Notes: generated from the sequence alone by a model not told the origin. Counted from the stretch's first letter, positions 45,459-54,194 are shown. The stretch is 64,000 nucleotides of DNA from an uncultured Gammaproteobacteria bacterium (GCA_964616855.1 CAZTUJ010000001.1:384301-448300), one strand, 5' to 3'. Made by a program: numbers and translations.

Positions 45459-45507
45459 TTCTCAAAACTGAGGTAAGATTAAAATATAAAGATTATTATT
45501 ACTAAAT

Positions 45508-45948
45508 ATGGCTCAAATCACTTTAAAAAAAGCGACGCTTAAAGATATTGAAACAGTGGCCGCCTTGGAAAAAGGGGCTAGCTCTAAAACCTATTCCGCC
45601 CGCATCAGTCCAGCCGAACTAAAAAAATTTATTACTAAACAAGCAGTCTTTTTAATTAAAAACCAACAAACAACCGTTGGCCTACTGGCCTATGAATTGA
45701 TTGGTAAAAAAAGAATACACTTTAACGGCTTGATTATTGACCCTAAATTTAGACGTCGCGGCTTTGCTCGTCTGGCTTTAATTGCTATTTTAAAAAAGTT
45801 AAAAAAATACCCGCGCATTGATCTGGTTGCCCATCCCCATAACTCGGCCGCTATCGCCCTTTATCTCTCCCTCGGCTTTATTATTGAAGCTTGGCACGAT
45901 AATCATTTTGGCGATGGGGAACCCAGGCTAGAATTAGTAAAAAAATAG
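45508..45948 (+). CDS. GNAT family N-acetyltransferase
   Basis: 146 aa with motif A RRRGFARLAL. Confidence 0.85.
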   Translation: MAQITLKKATLKDIETVAALEKGASSKTYSARISPAELKKFITKQAVFLIKNQQTTVGLLAYELIGKKRIHFNGLIIDPKFRRRGFARLALIAILKKLKKYPRIDLVAHPHNSAAIALYLSLGFIIEAWHDNHFGDGEPRLELVKK

Positions 45949-45978
45949 ACCAAAGAAACAATAAATTCCAACCTTGAC

Positions 45979-46010
45979 AAAATAGCATAAAAAATGCTAT
46001 TTTATTTTAT
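45979..46010 (+). terminator. Intrinsic terminator
   Basis: AAATAGCAT-AAAAA-ATGCTATTT followed by a T-rich tract. Confidence 0.7.
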
Positions 46011-46048
46011 TCAGCTAACGGAGTGTAAATTAAAAACCATAATAAAAA

Positions 46049-47107
46049 ATGCAAAGAAAAAATGAGTACCTGTTTTTTTGCGGACGCAATAACCGGCAAC
46101 TAGGATTAAGAGTCCTTAGTCATTTGAGTAACTTACTTGGACGTCCAGAAGGTAGGGGCCTAGAATTTAGCTTCATAGACTTCGGTTTGTGGGGCGATGG
46201 TTGTCCCAATGACAAAATCATTGACTGGACTGAAGTCAAGGGAAGAAACATTGTTCTTTTTGACTCTCTCACAACCAGGGAATCAATGTTGGAATTCATC
46301 CAATTGGTTATGGCTTTCCGCCGGCAATATGGCGCCGCCAGTTTACTAGCAGTTATTCCTTTTTTATTAGTGCGTCGTTGTGACCACGAAGAAAAGGCGG
46401 AAGAAATTGCTTACTTAAAACATTATATCGAGCTCTTAGCCTTCGCTGGCGTGACTGATATGATTGTTTGTTCTCCCCACTCCGATGCCATCGCTACAAA
46501 TTGTGAGAAAGTCGGAATTAAATTTGAGGCTGCCTATATGGATTTCAGCCAAACTTTAAAAACCCTGGTGCCAAAAGGGGAAAAAATAATTGTATATTCT
46601 CCTGATGAAGGTTCTATCCCTAGGGCCATTGCCCACGCCAAAAAAATACCCGGCGCTAAGGTAATGTTTAACTTTAAGGTTAGAAAGAAAAACCGGCGAA
46701 CAGAAATCCGACAACCATCAAAACAAGAAATTGAAGCTGTAATAAAAAAATACAGCGAAGAATTTGATTTTGATATAAGCTATATTAATGAAGAGGAAAT
46801 TAAGGGGGCTAACGTCATCATGATTGATGATGAGATGTCATCGGGTGGTACAGCCAGTTCAACCGGTCGATCCTTGAGAGAGATGAGTGCAAAAGCAGTA
46901 TTTTTTGCCTTCACTCATCCCGTTTGTTCTTCAGGTGAATGGAAGGAAAACATTATCTATCAGCAGATATTTAAAAAAATTCTGGCTGGAGATACAATTA
47001 TCAGGAATGAATACAACCGTACTGGCGGAAAGATTATTGATGTCTCCACCACTGAGGTTATATCCTCAGCTATGTATAGGTTAACCCATCAAGACATGGA
47101 GTCCTAA
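46049..47107 (+). CDS. Divergent ribose-phosphate pyrophosphokinase (Prs)-family protein
   Basis: The two-PRTase-domain layout is colinear with Prs, including the PRPP-loop VIMIDDEMSSGGT, YSPDEGS and FTHPV. The RQDRK region reads RRCDHEEK, and the flexible loop appears to carry an extra ~35 aa. Confidence 0.65.
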   Translation: MQRKNEYLFFCGRNNRQLGLRVLSHLSNLLGRPEGRGLEFSFIDFGLWGDGCPNDKIIDWTEVKGRNIVLFDSLTTRESMLEFIQLVMAFRRQYGAASLLAVIPFLLVRRCDHEEKAEEIAYLKHYIELLAFAGVTDMIVCSPHSDAIATNCEKVGIKFEAAYMDFSQTLKTLVPKGEKIIVYSPDEGSIPRAIAHAKKIPGAKVMFNFKVRKKNRRTEIRQPSKQEIEAVIKKYSEEFDFDISYINEEEIKGANVIMIDDEMSSGGTASSTGRSLREMSAKAVFFAFTHPVCSSGEWKENIIYQQIFKKILAGDTIIRNEYNRTGGKIIDVSTTEVISSAMYRLTHQDMES

Positions 47108-47131
47108 TAAGCCCATTGTTAAAATTCTTTT

Positions 47132-47164
47132 TGAGACCGCCCACCACAGCGGTCTCAGTTTTTA
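47132..47164 (+). terminator. Intrinsic terminator
   Basis: TGAGACCGC-CCACCACA-GCGGTCTCA followed by GTTTTT. Confidence 0.85.
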
Positions 47165-47234
47165 TCTTCTTTCTTGTTGACAAAATATTGAAAATATACC
47201 AAGATAAGAACATTCCTTTAAAATCAGTTAGTAT

Positions 47235-47690
47235 ATGAAAAGAAAAGAAATTTGGCGGCGATATCGGATTGATGTCATCGCTTTAATTATTTTTGGCTTA
47301 GTAACCAGCTTTACCACCATCATTTATGAGGTGCTATTGGCTGGCACCAGCCCAGAGCAATGGTTGGGGATAAGAATTATATATAATATCCTCCGCTTTG
47401 CTGGCGCCTATCTCCTGGGAGACTTGATTGAAAAGATTAGGGCAAAATTAGCACCAAAAGGCGGTTTTATCAGTAAAGCCTTAGCCGATGCCTGCGCCCT
47501 CTCTTTATATCAACTCCCGATTTATTTTATCAGTGCCTTGATTATGCAGGTTAGTTTAAAAAGCATGCTCATCACGGCCGTGCTCTACGTTTTGGATAAC
47601 ATCTTCTTAGGTTGGGTATACGGATATACCCGCGATCGAGTAAAAATCTTCTTTTTTAAGAAAGCTCTCAAAAAACAAGCTAAATGTTAA
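47235..47690 (+). CDS. alaE: L-alanine exporter AlaE-like membrane protein
   Basis: 151 aa. It is colinear by eye with E. coli AlaE as I remember it (LAG.S.EQ, LAD...YQ.PIY, GWVYGY). Confidence 0.6.
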   Translation: MKRKEIWRRYRIDVIALIIFGLVTSFTTIIYEVLLAGTSPEQWLGIRIIYNILRFAGAYLLGDLIEKIRAKLAPKGGFISKALADACALSLYQLPIYFISALIMQVSLKSMLITAVLYVLDNIFLGWVYGYTRDRVKIFFFKKALKKQAKC

Positions 47691-47799
47691 AAATAAAGCT
47701 TGTTTTTTTGCGTCCAAAAACTAAGACCTTACCAGTTCTTGGATAGGCAATATTTTAACATTATGCTAATATTATCTTATATAAATAAATTAATACTTT

Positions 47800-50700
47800 A
47801 TGAAAAAATACATATTTTTAATATTCTCTCTGCTGTTTTTAGGGGGGCTCTATTTCTTCCGAGCAGATTTAAACAGATACCTAGATTGGCCGCCGACAGC
47901 TAATGCGGCCGAGGCTAGTAGTGGTTCTCTAATTAAAACAAGCAGTATTTCCTCGGTCTATTATCTTGGTGATGACGGCAAGCGCTATGTATTTCCTTCA
48001 GAATCAGTCTATTTTTCCTGGTACAAAGATTTTGAAAGCGTAATCACAATTCCTGCCGCCGAATTACAAAGCTACCCCTTGGGCGGCAACGTGGTTATGC
48101 GGGCTGGTACAAAATTAGTAAAGATTACCACTGACCCGGCTGTTTATGCGGTGGAGCCGGAAGGAGTATTAAGAAAAATTACCAACGAGGAACAAGCAAA
48201 AAAATTATACGGAGATAATTGGGCAAAACGAGTCCAAGATATTCCCGATGCTTTTTTTAATGATTACCAGATAGGCAACGAATTACCTGATAATCAGATT
48301 CCCACTGGTTCTCTTGTTAAAGAGGCGGGAACTGAGGCTTATTATTACTACGACGGCACTGGTTATCGAAAAATTAATAGTGCCGAAGCTTTTCGTGCCA
48401 ACCGTTTCTATTCAGAATATATTCTTCAGGTTAATAATCCGCTTTCTAATAACGGCGAGCTAATTGCTAGCTCTGACCAAAACTTATTAACTTTAATTCA
48501 AAAAAGAATAAAGAATAATAGCAATCTCCCGGGAGATAATAATACTAATAACAATAATGGTGGAAACAACAACTCCGGCAATATTGGTGGTGGTGGAGGC
48601 GGGGGTGGCAACGGTGGTGGTGGAGGAGGCGGGGGTGGCAACGCTAGTTGTAGCGGTGCCTACACCCAATCTTGTAGCATCACTAATGGCCAAGGCAATC
48701 AAGCGAGAACCTGTAGTAACGGCAATTGGTCAGCCTGGGGAGATTGTAATTTATCTTCTTGTAATACTGGTTACCAACCAAATACGGCATCCAATACCTG
48801 TGTCGCTATTACCTGCGCTGGAGACTCTAGCCAGAGCTGTGCCATTAATAATGGTGCAGGGAATCAAAACCGTGTTTGTAGTAATGGTGCTTGGTCAGCC
48901 TGGGGAGATTGTAATTTATCTTCTTGTAATGCTGGTTACCAACCGAGTAATAATACCTGCGTGGCTATGGATTGCAGCGGTAACTCCACTCAATCTTGTA
49001 GCATCACTAATGGCCAAGGAGCACAAATAAGAACTTGCACCCTGGGTAATTGGTCTGGCTGGGGAACTTGTGCTCTCGTTTCTTGTAATGCTGGCTACCA
49101 ACCAAGTGGTAACGCTTGCGTCGCCCTTAGTTGTAGTGGAAATTCTAGTCAAGCTTGTAGCATCACCAACGGTCAGGGTAGTCAAAGTCGAACCTGCAAC
49201 CTCGGAGCTTGGTCTGGCTGGGGAACTTGTGCTCTCGTTTCTTGTAATGCTGGCTACCAACCGAGCGGTAATACTTGCATTGCTCTTACCTGTGAAGGCG
49301 CCTCTACTCAATCTTGTGCCATCACTAATGGCCAAGGCAGCCAAAGTCGGACCTGTACTTTAGGTACTTGGTCGGGCTGGGGAAGCTGTTCTTTAGTTTC
49401 TTGTAATTCCGGCTATCAAGTTAGTGGCAACACCTGCGTTGCTAGCGGCGGCGGTAATTTAGCCGCCAGTAATTTACAAAAATTAATACATAATCAAAAT
49501 TTCGTTATACCCAGTAATGCCAGTAACGGTGACGTCGTTGGTCAAATTAATACTTTTTGGGAAGCTTGGGAAAATCGCAATGTAACTTATACCATCAATA
49601 ATAATACTGGCGCCTTTAGCATTGATAACAATGGCAAGATTGTCTTACTCAACAGTACTGCTTTAAGCGGTCAAAGTAATATTAACTTAAGTGTTCAAGC
49701 GCAAGATTCAGTTAGACAAGAATATGAAAATGCCACTATCGCTATTCGCGTCCTACCGGCGGCGGAAACATATTTTATTGATCCTAGTGTTGCCACCAAC
49801 GGCAACGGTAGTAAAGAAAGTCCCTATAAAAACTGGTCAAATGTTACTATGGCCTCTAATCGAAATTATCTCCAAAAAAGGGGAACCGAGGCGACAGTTT
49901 CTGCCCGAGTTAATATTAATAACTTAAATAATGTCACCATTGGCGCTTACGGCAGCAGTGATACCCGGCCTAAAATTATCGGCTGGAATATAAATGGAAG
50001 CAGTAATGGTGCTATGGGCTTAAGCGGCAATAACAACACTATCCGCGATTTAGATATTGACGCCCGTCAATCTACCTCTGGTATTTATATTGGGGCAAGC
50101 ACTAACGCCACGATTGATAATTGTCGGATCCAAAATAGTGAATGGGCTATCAGAACCATGGTTAGTGGTGACGGCACTAAGATTATTAACTCAGAAATTG
50201 CCTACACTGGAGATGACGGACATTACAACCAAAATCATAATAATATGGAAATAGCCTATAACTATATCCATCATGTTAATCAAAAATGGAATGAAAATAG
50301 TTACTGGTATAATGGTAAGACTGAGAATGAATCTCCGGGTGACAGCATTCAGTTAAATGGCACGGCCTTCGGATTCAATGTTCATCACAATATTATGGAT
50401 CGCTCCGATACTGGTAATAAATTCTGTGTTCTTGTCGGCTTATTATCTAGCCCCATTAATACTAACGGATTATTAGAGCATAATTATTGTAAGATGGGTC
50501 TAGGGACTCAAGGATTTTATGTGGAGCGGGGGGCCGTGGGCGTTAAAATACGTTACAACACTTTTGCCGACGGCCGAGGTGTCTTTACTCACGCCCCCGA
50601 CCTTAATGTTTCCTATAATCTTTTTCTTAACTCTCGTGCCTATTTTGGTGAGCCGGGTGCAAGTTATAAAGTTTACAATAATATTTTTTACGGTACCGAG

Positions 50701-51033
50701 GCTGGCTCATATTCGGTATCGATGTGGCGCGACAACCTTGATATGCGTAACAACATTTTCTTTTTTACCAACGATACGGCCACCGGACTACAAAGCTCTT
50801 CGCAGTATACTGTTATCACAGAGCATAATCTCTATTATCCTAATTTCCGAGGAGTGGGCAGTTCGGCCACTAATATAATCGCCGACCCTCTCTTTATTAA
50901 TCCAGCTGCTGGCGACTTCCGTTTGCAAGCAGCATCACCAGCAATTGGAGCGGGGGTAAGCATTGGCGAAAGTCATGATTTTTACGTTAATCCTTTAAAT
51001 AGCAGTATTAATATCGGTCTATGGCAAAATTAA
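47800..51033 (+). CDS. Giant secreted mosaic protein: N-terminal anchor/signal, three ~55-aa repeats, poly-N/G tract, five six-Cys WSxWGxC repeats, cadherin-like domain, right-handed beta-helix
   Basis: 1077 aa. The domains were read from the translation. The beta-helix part shows NxxIxN-type coils (IRDLDID, IDNCRIQN, MEIAYNYIHH). Confidence 0.85.
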   Translation: MKKYIFLIFSLLFLGGLYFFRADLNRYLDWPPTANAAEASSGSLIKTSSISSVYYLGDDGKRYVFPSESVYFSWYKDFESVITIPAAELQSYPLGGNVVMRAGTKLVKITTDPAVYAVEPEGVLRKITNEEQAKKLYGDNWAKRVQDIPDAFFNDYQIGNELPDNQIPTGSLVKEAGTEAYYYYDGTGYRKINSAEAFRANRFYSEYILQVNNPLSNNGELIASSDQNLLTLIQKRIKNNSNLPGDNNTNNNNGGNNNSGNIGGGGGGGGNGGGGGGGGGNASCSGAYTQSCSITNGQGNQARTCSNGNWSAWGDCNLSSCNTGYQPNTASNTCVAITCAGDSSQSCAINNGAGNQNRVCSNGAWSAWGDCNLSSCNAGYQPSNNTCVAMDCSGNSTQSCSITNGQGAQIRTCTLGNWSGWGTCALVSCNAGYQPSGNACVALSCSGNSSQACSITNGQGSQSRTCNLGAWSGWGTCALVSCNAGYQPSGNTCIALTCEGASTQSCAITNGQGSQSRTCTLGTWSGWGSCSLVSCNSGYQVSGNTCVASGGGNLAASNLQKLIHNQNFVIPSNASNGDVVGQINTFWEAWENRNVTYTINNNTGAFSIDNNGKIVLLNSTALSGQSNINLSVQAQDSVRQEYENATIAIRVLPAAETYFIDPSVATNGNGSKESPYKNWSNVTMASNRNYLQKRGTEATVSARVNINNLNNVTIGAYGSSDTRPKIIGWNINGSSNGAMGLSGNNNTIRDLDIDARQSTSGIYIGASTNATIDNCRIQNSEWAIRTMVSGDGTKIINSEIAYTGDDGHYNQNHNNMEIAYNYIHHVNQKWNENSYWYNGKTENESPGDSIQLNGTAFGFNVHHNIMDRSDTGNKFCVLVGLLSSPINTNGLLEHNYCKMGLGTQGFYVERGAVGVKIRYNTFADGRGVFTHAPDLNVSYNLFLNSRAYFGEPGASYKVYNNIFYGTEAGSYSVSMWRDNLDMRNNIFFFTNDTATGLQSSSQYTVITEHNLYYPNFRGVGSSATNIIADPLFINPAAGDFRLQAASPAIGAGVSIGESHDFYVNPLNSSINIGLWQN
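47923..48445 (+). repeat. Three N-terminal ~55-aa repeats (GSL[IV]K...[VA]YY...G.[RL][YR]..I)
   Basis: SVYYLGDDGKRYVFPS, AVYAVEPEGVLRKITN and EAYYYYDGTGYRKINS. Confidence 0.6.
48529..48645 (+). repeat. Low-complexity Asn/Gly tract including a near-tandem 27/30-nt duplication (48586-48642)
   Basis: The tract encodes NNTNNNNGGNNNSGNIGGGGGGGGNGGGGGGGGGN. The unit GGTGGTGGTGGAGG(AGG)CGGGGGTGGCAAC is repeated. Confidence 0.85.
48649..49446 (+). repeat. Five tandem 52-55-aa six-cysteine repeats (C-x7-C-x12-C-x10-C-x4-C-x10-C; core GxWSxWGxC)
   Basis: An example unit is CSGNSTQSCSITNGQGAQIRTCTLGNWSGWGTCALVSCNAGYQPSGNACVALS. Units 3 and 4 share a 54-bp identical run (49050-49103 and 49209-49262). 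Confidence 0.9.
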
Positions 51034-51071
51034 TTAATTTAATCTTACCTAGACGCAAACACCACATAAAT

Positions 51072-51992
51072 ATGAAAAATAAAATCACCATTATTGGCGC
51101 CGGCATGGTCGGCAGCACTAGTGCCTATGGCTTAATTGCCGCCGACATCACCGAAGAAATTGCCTTAATTGACCTTAATCAAAAATTGGCAGTTTCCCAG
51201 GTAATGGATTTACAGCACTCCGTTCCTTTTTGGGGCTATACTGAACTAAAGGTTGGCACTTATGCTGACTTAAAAGATAGTCGCTTGGTGGTTATTACCT
51301 GTGGAGCTGCCCAGAAAGTAGGGGAAACCAGGATTGACCTTTTAAAGAAGAACTCAGCAATTATCAAAGAGTTAATGCCCAAGATATTCAAAGAGAACCC
51401 AAATATTATTGTTTTAATCGTGACTAATCCCGTTGATATTCTTACCAACATCGCTGTCAAAATGTTCCCTGGCAAGAAAAAACAAATTTTTGGCTCAGGA
51501 ACTATTCTTGATACTGCTCGCTTCCGTTTGCTCTTAGGAGAAAAGATGTCGGTTGATCCTAAAAGTGTTCACGCCTATATTGTCGGCGAACACGGCGATA
51601 GCGAAGTGCCCCTCTGGAGCACGGCCATGGTCGGTAATGCTCCAATTAACAGTTTTAAAAAGTTATCAAAACAGGGAAGAAAGCATATCTTTGAACAAGC
51701 GAAAAATGCGGCTTACGCCATTATTGAAGGCAAACAAGCCACTTATTATGCTATCGCTGCCGGCGTCGTCCAACTCGCTCGGGCCGTCTTATTTGATAAA
51801 AAGACCGTCTTTACCGTCTCTCACCCCTTAAATGGTGAATTTGGTATTAAGGGCGTATCCCTGAGTCTGCCCGTGGTAATTGGTAACCAAGGAGTCCTGC
51901 GTCAGATTGATTTAAATATTTCCGCGGAAGAAAAGAGGTTGCTCCAGAAATCCGCAGAGAAACTAAGGGAAGCAGAAAAGAGCTTGAGATAA
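51072..51992 (+). CDS. ldh: L-lactate dehydrogenase
   Basis: ITIIGAGMVGS is the Rossmann motif and VGEHGDSEVPLWS is the LDH signature. I prefer the ATG at 51072 over the track start at 51021, which overlaps the upstream gene. Confidence 0.9.
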   Translation: MKNKITIIGAGMVGSTSAYGLIAADITEEIALIDLNQKLAVSQVMDLQHSVPFWGYTELKVGTYADLKDSRLVVITCGAAQKVGETRIDLLKKNSAIIKELMPKIFKENPNIIVLIVTNPVDILTNIAVKMFPGKKKQIFGSGTILDTARFRLLLGEKMSVDPKSVHAYIVGEHGDSEVPLWSTAMVGNAPINSFKKLSKQGRKHIFEQAKNAAYAIIEGKQATYYAIAAGVVQLARAVLFDKKTVFTVSHPLNGEFGIKGVSLSLPVVIGNQGVLRQIDLNISAEEKRLLQKSAEKLREAEKSLR

Positions 51993-51997
51993 GAAAT

Positions 51998-52029
51998 AAA
52001 AATACTGCTCAGTCGAGCAGTATTTTTTA
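51998..52029 (+). terminator. Intrinsic terminator
   Basis: AATACTGCTC-AGTC-GAGCAGTATT followed by TTTT. Confidence 0.85.
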
Positions 52030-52072
52030 AGCTTTATTTTCACAGATACCTTTAGTATAATGGGATTAGCCT

Positions 52073-53194
52073 ATGCGTAAAATCGGCTTTTATCTTCTCA
52101 AAATTATTGGCAGTTTATTGCTGGCATTTTTGCTACTCTTGGTGGCCGGTTTTTTTGCTGTTCGCTGGGGTCTAACTAATGTCGCCGGCGAAGAAGATAA
52201 TAATTCCTTTGCCTATAACTCCATTGCCGCGGAACTTCCCCTAGAAGAGAAAATTAATCCCGGTCTCCCTGAAAATTCTTCAATCTACGGTGATAATGAA
52301 AATTTAAATTGGTGCCTACTGGGTGTGGCCACAGAAAATTATCCCTATGATGCCGCTGGTATTTTCCAAGCCTATCGCCAAACTAAATCCGAAGAGTTAC
52401 TAAAGCGTATGCTTTTAGCTTTGGAATTAAGAGCCGGCCCTAGCAGCCAATTTAAAAAAGAGCTAAGTAGCTGTGGAAACGAAGTAAATATTTGGAATGA
52501 AGAAAAACTACAAATAGCTTTAAACCAGCCCTTTGGCCAAAGTATTTATAGTTGGCAAAATAGCGAGTACTGGCAGATTATTAAAGAAGCGATTTTAAAG
52601 GATAAAAGTAAAATTGAAGAGGCTTCGCTAAAAGCCGGCATTCAACCTCGACTCTTAGTTTCGGTGGCGATTGTCGAACAACTCCGTCTTTATTATACCC
52701 AGAGGGAATTTTATGAAAAATTTTTTAAACCCTTAAAAATTTTAGCTAACGCCAACAAGATGGCCTGGGGAGTGATGTCAATTAAAGAAAAAATGGCGAT
52801 TGAAACAGAAGAGCATCTGCGCGACTCCAACTCAGCTTTCTATCTCGGACCTAATTATGAACAATTATTAGCTTTCCCAGCAGGAAGTGAAGCAGCAAAA
52901 GAGCGCTACAACCGCTTAACCAACGAAAAAGACCACAGTTACTCCTATCTCTACGGAGCGCTAATTATCAAACAATTACAAACTCAGTGGGAAAAATCTG
53001 GCTTTATTATTAACTATCGCCCGGAGGTTGTCGCCACTCTTTTTAACATCGGCTTTAACCATTCACAACCAAAGGCCAATCCTATAGTCGGCGGCTCCAC
53101 CCTGGAGATTAATGGAGAGAAATACTTTTTTGGATCACTAGCTTATGAATTTTATTATTCCGGAGAATTAGCCACTGAATTTCCTTTTGAATAA
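52073..53194 (+). CDS. Membrane-anchored hypothetical protein (weak lytic-transglycosylase-like motifs)
   Basis: N-terminal TM. IVEQ...AWGVMSIK...LFNIGFN is loosely reminiscent of the SLT motifs E-S / GLMQ / AYNAG. This is very tentative. Confidence 0.5.
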   Translation: MRKIGFYLLKIIGSLLLAFLLLLVAGFFAVRWGLTNVAGEEDNNSFAYNSIAAELPLEEKINPGLPENSSIYGDNENLNWCLLGVATENYPYDAAGIFQAYRQTKSEELLKRMLLALELRAGPSSQFKKELSSCGNEVNIWNEEKLQIALNQPFGQSIYSWQNSEYWQIIKEAILKDKSKIEEASLKAGIQPRLLVSVAIVEQLRLYYTQREFYEKFFKPLKILANANKMAWGVMSIKEKMAIETEEHLRDSNSAFYLGPNYEQLLAFPAGSEAAKERYNRLTNEKDHSYSYLYGALIIKQLQTQWEKSGFIINYRPEVVATLFNIGFNHSQPKANPIVGGSTLEINGEKYFFGSLAYEFYYSGELATEFPFE

Positions 53195-53262
53195 AAATTA
53201 TATTTGCTCCCGACTATCCTTGGATGTATACTATAAGAAGAAAATAATAGGGAATTAAAGAT

Positions 53263-54183
53263 ATGATTAATTACTACCAACGCAGCATTAAAGATGCTCA
53301 GATAAAAGATCTAAAAGACTACCAAGTGGGCAGTCTGATTTTAGTGAGTAGTCCCAGTGAAAAAGAATTAGACTCTTTGGCGGAAAAATTTAAATTAGAA
53401 AGAGATTTACTCTCTGACGCTCTTGATCCCTATGAGGTGCCGCGCATGGAAGTAGAGAAGAATGCAATTTATGCTTTTGCTCGCATTCCCAGCGAAGACG
53501 GTCGTCGTACTTCCACGCTCCCGCTATTGTTAATTGTAGGCGATGGCTTTTTAATGTTGGTCGCTCAAAAAGACTTAGATTTTCTTTTTAAAGACTTACG
53601 CCGGCGACCAGACTTTTTTACCACTCAACGCACTAAATGCTTCTTACAAATCTTCGGAGAAATTCAAGCGGACTATCACCACATGCTCACCAAGATTAAT
53701 AAAAAGATTAACTACTTTTCTCTGAACATGGATAAGATTGGTGATAAGGATATTGCCAACTTTGTTAACTTTGAAATTATCCTAAATGAATTTTTGAGTG
53801 CCCTTTTACCGATCAGACATATTCTTAGTAATACCTCCAGCGGGAAGACACTTAGTTTCTATCACGATGACGAAGAAATTTTAGAAGATTTGCGCTTGCA
53901 CAATGACCAGTTAGTCGAACGTTGTAAAAGTAATCTAACTAATTCTACCAACCTCCGCCAAGCCTATGAAGTTATCTCTACTAACCGTTTAAATCGTACC
54001 ATGAAACTGCTAACGGCTATGACGGTCGTTTTAGCCCTGCCGACGATGGTTACCAGCTTCTATGGTATGAATGTCAACTTACCCTTTGCCGGCTCACCTC
54101 AAGTCTTCTGGGGCATCCTGGGGCTAATCCTATTCCTAGTCGGCCTACTCCTAATGGCTTTCCGGGGGAGAAAGCTGCTTTAA
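53263..54183 (+). CDS. corA: CorA-family magnesium/cobalt transporter
   Basis: 306 aa. YGMN (FYGMNV) lies before the last TM, and there are two C-terminal TM segments. Confidence 0.85.
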   Translation: MINYYQRSIKDAQIKDLKDYQVGSLILVSSPSEKELDSLAEKFKLERDLLSDALDPYEVPRMEVEKNAIYAFARIPSEDGRRTSTLPLLLIVGDGFLMLVAQKDLDFLFKDLRRRPDFFTTQRTKCFLQIFGEIQADYHHMLTKINKKINYFSLNMDKIGDKDIANFVNFEIILNEFLSALLPIRHILSNTSSGKTLSFYHDDEEILEDLRLHNDQLVERCKSNLTNSTNLRQAYEVISTNRLNRTMKLLTAMTVVLALPTMVTSFYGMNVNLPFAGSPQVFWGILGLILFLVGLLLMAFRGRKLL

Positions 54184-54194
54184 TTGATAATCAC

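Noticed and set aside
48493-49363. Track ORFs on both strands and in alternative frames across the giant gene (48493-48702 -, 48557-49030 +, 48916-49344 -, 49070-49363 +)
   Set aside because: They lie entirely inside the poly-N/G tract and the Cys-repeat array of the 1077-aa gene. The periodic, stop-poor repeat DNA generates open frames in several phases, and their translations are low-complexity mirror images. They are not independent genes.
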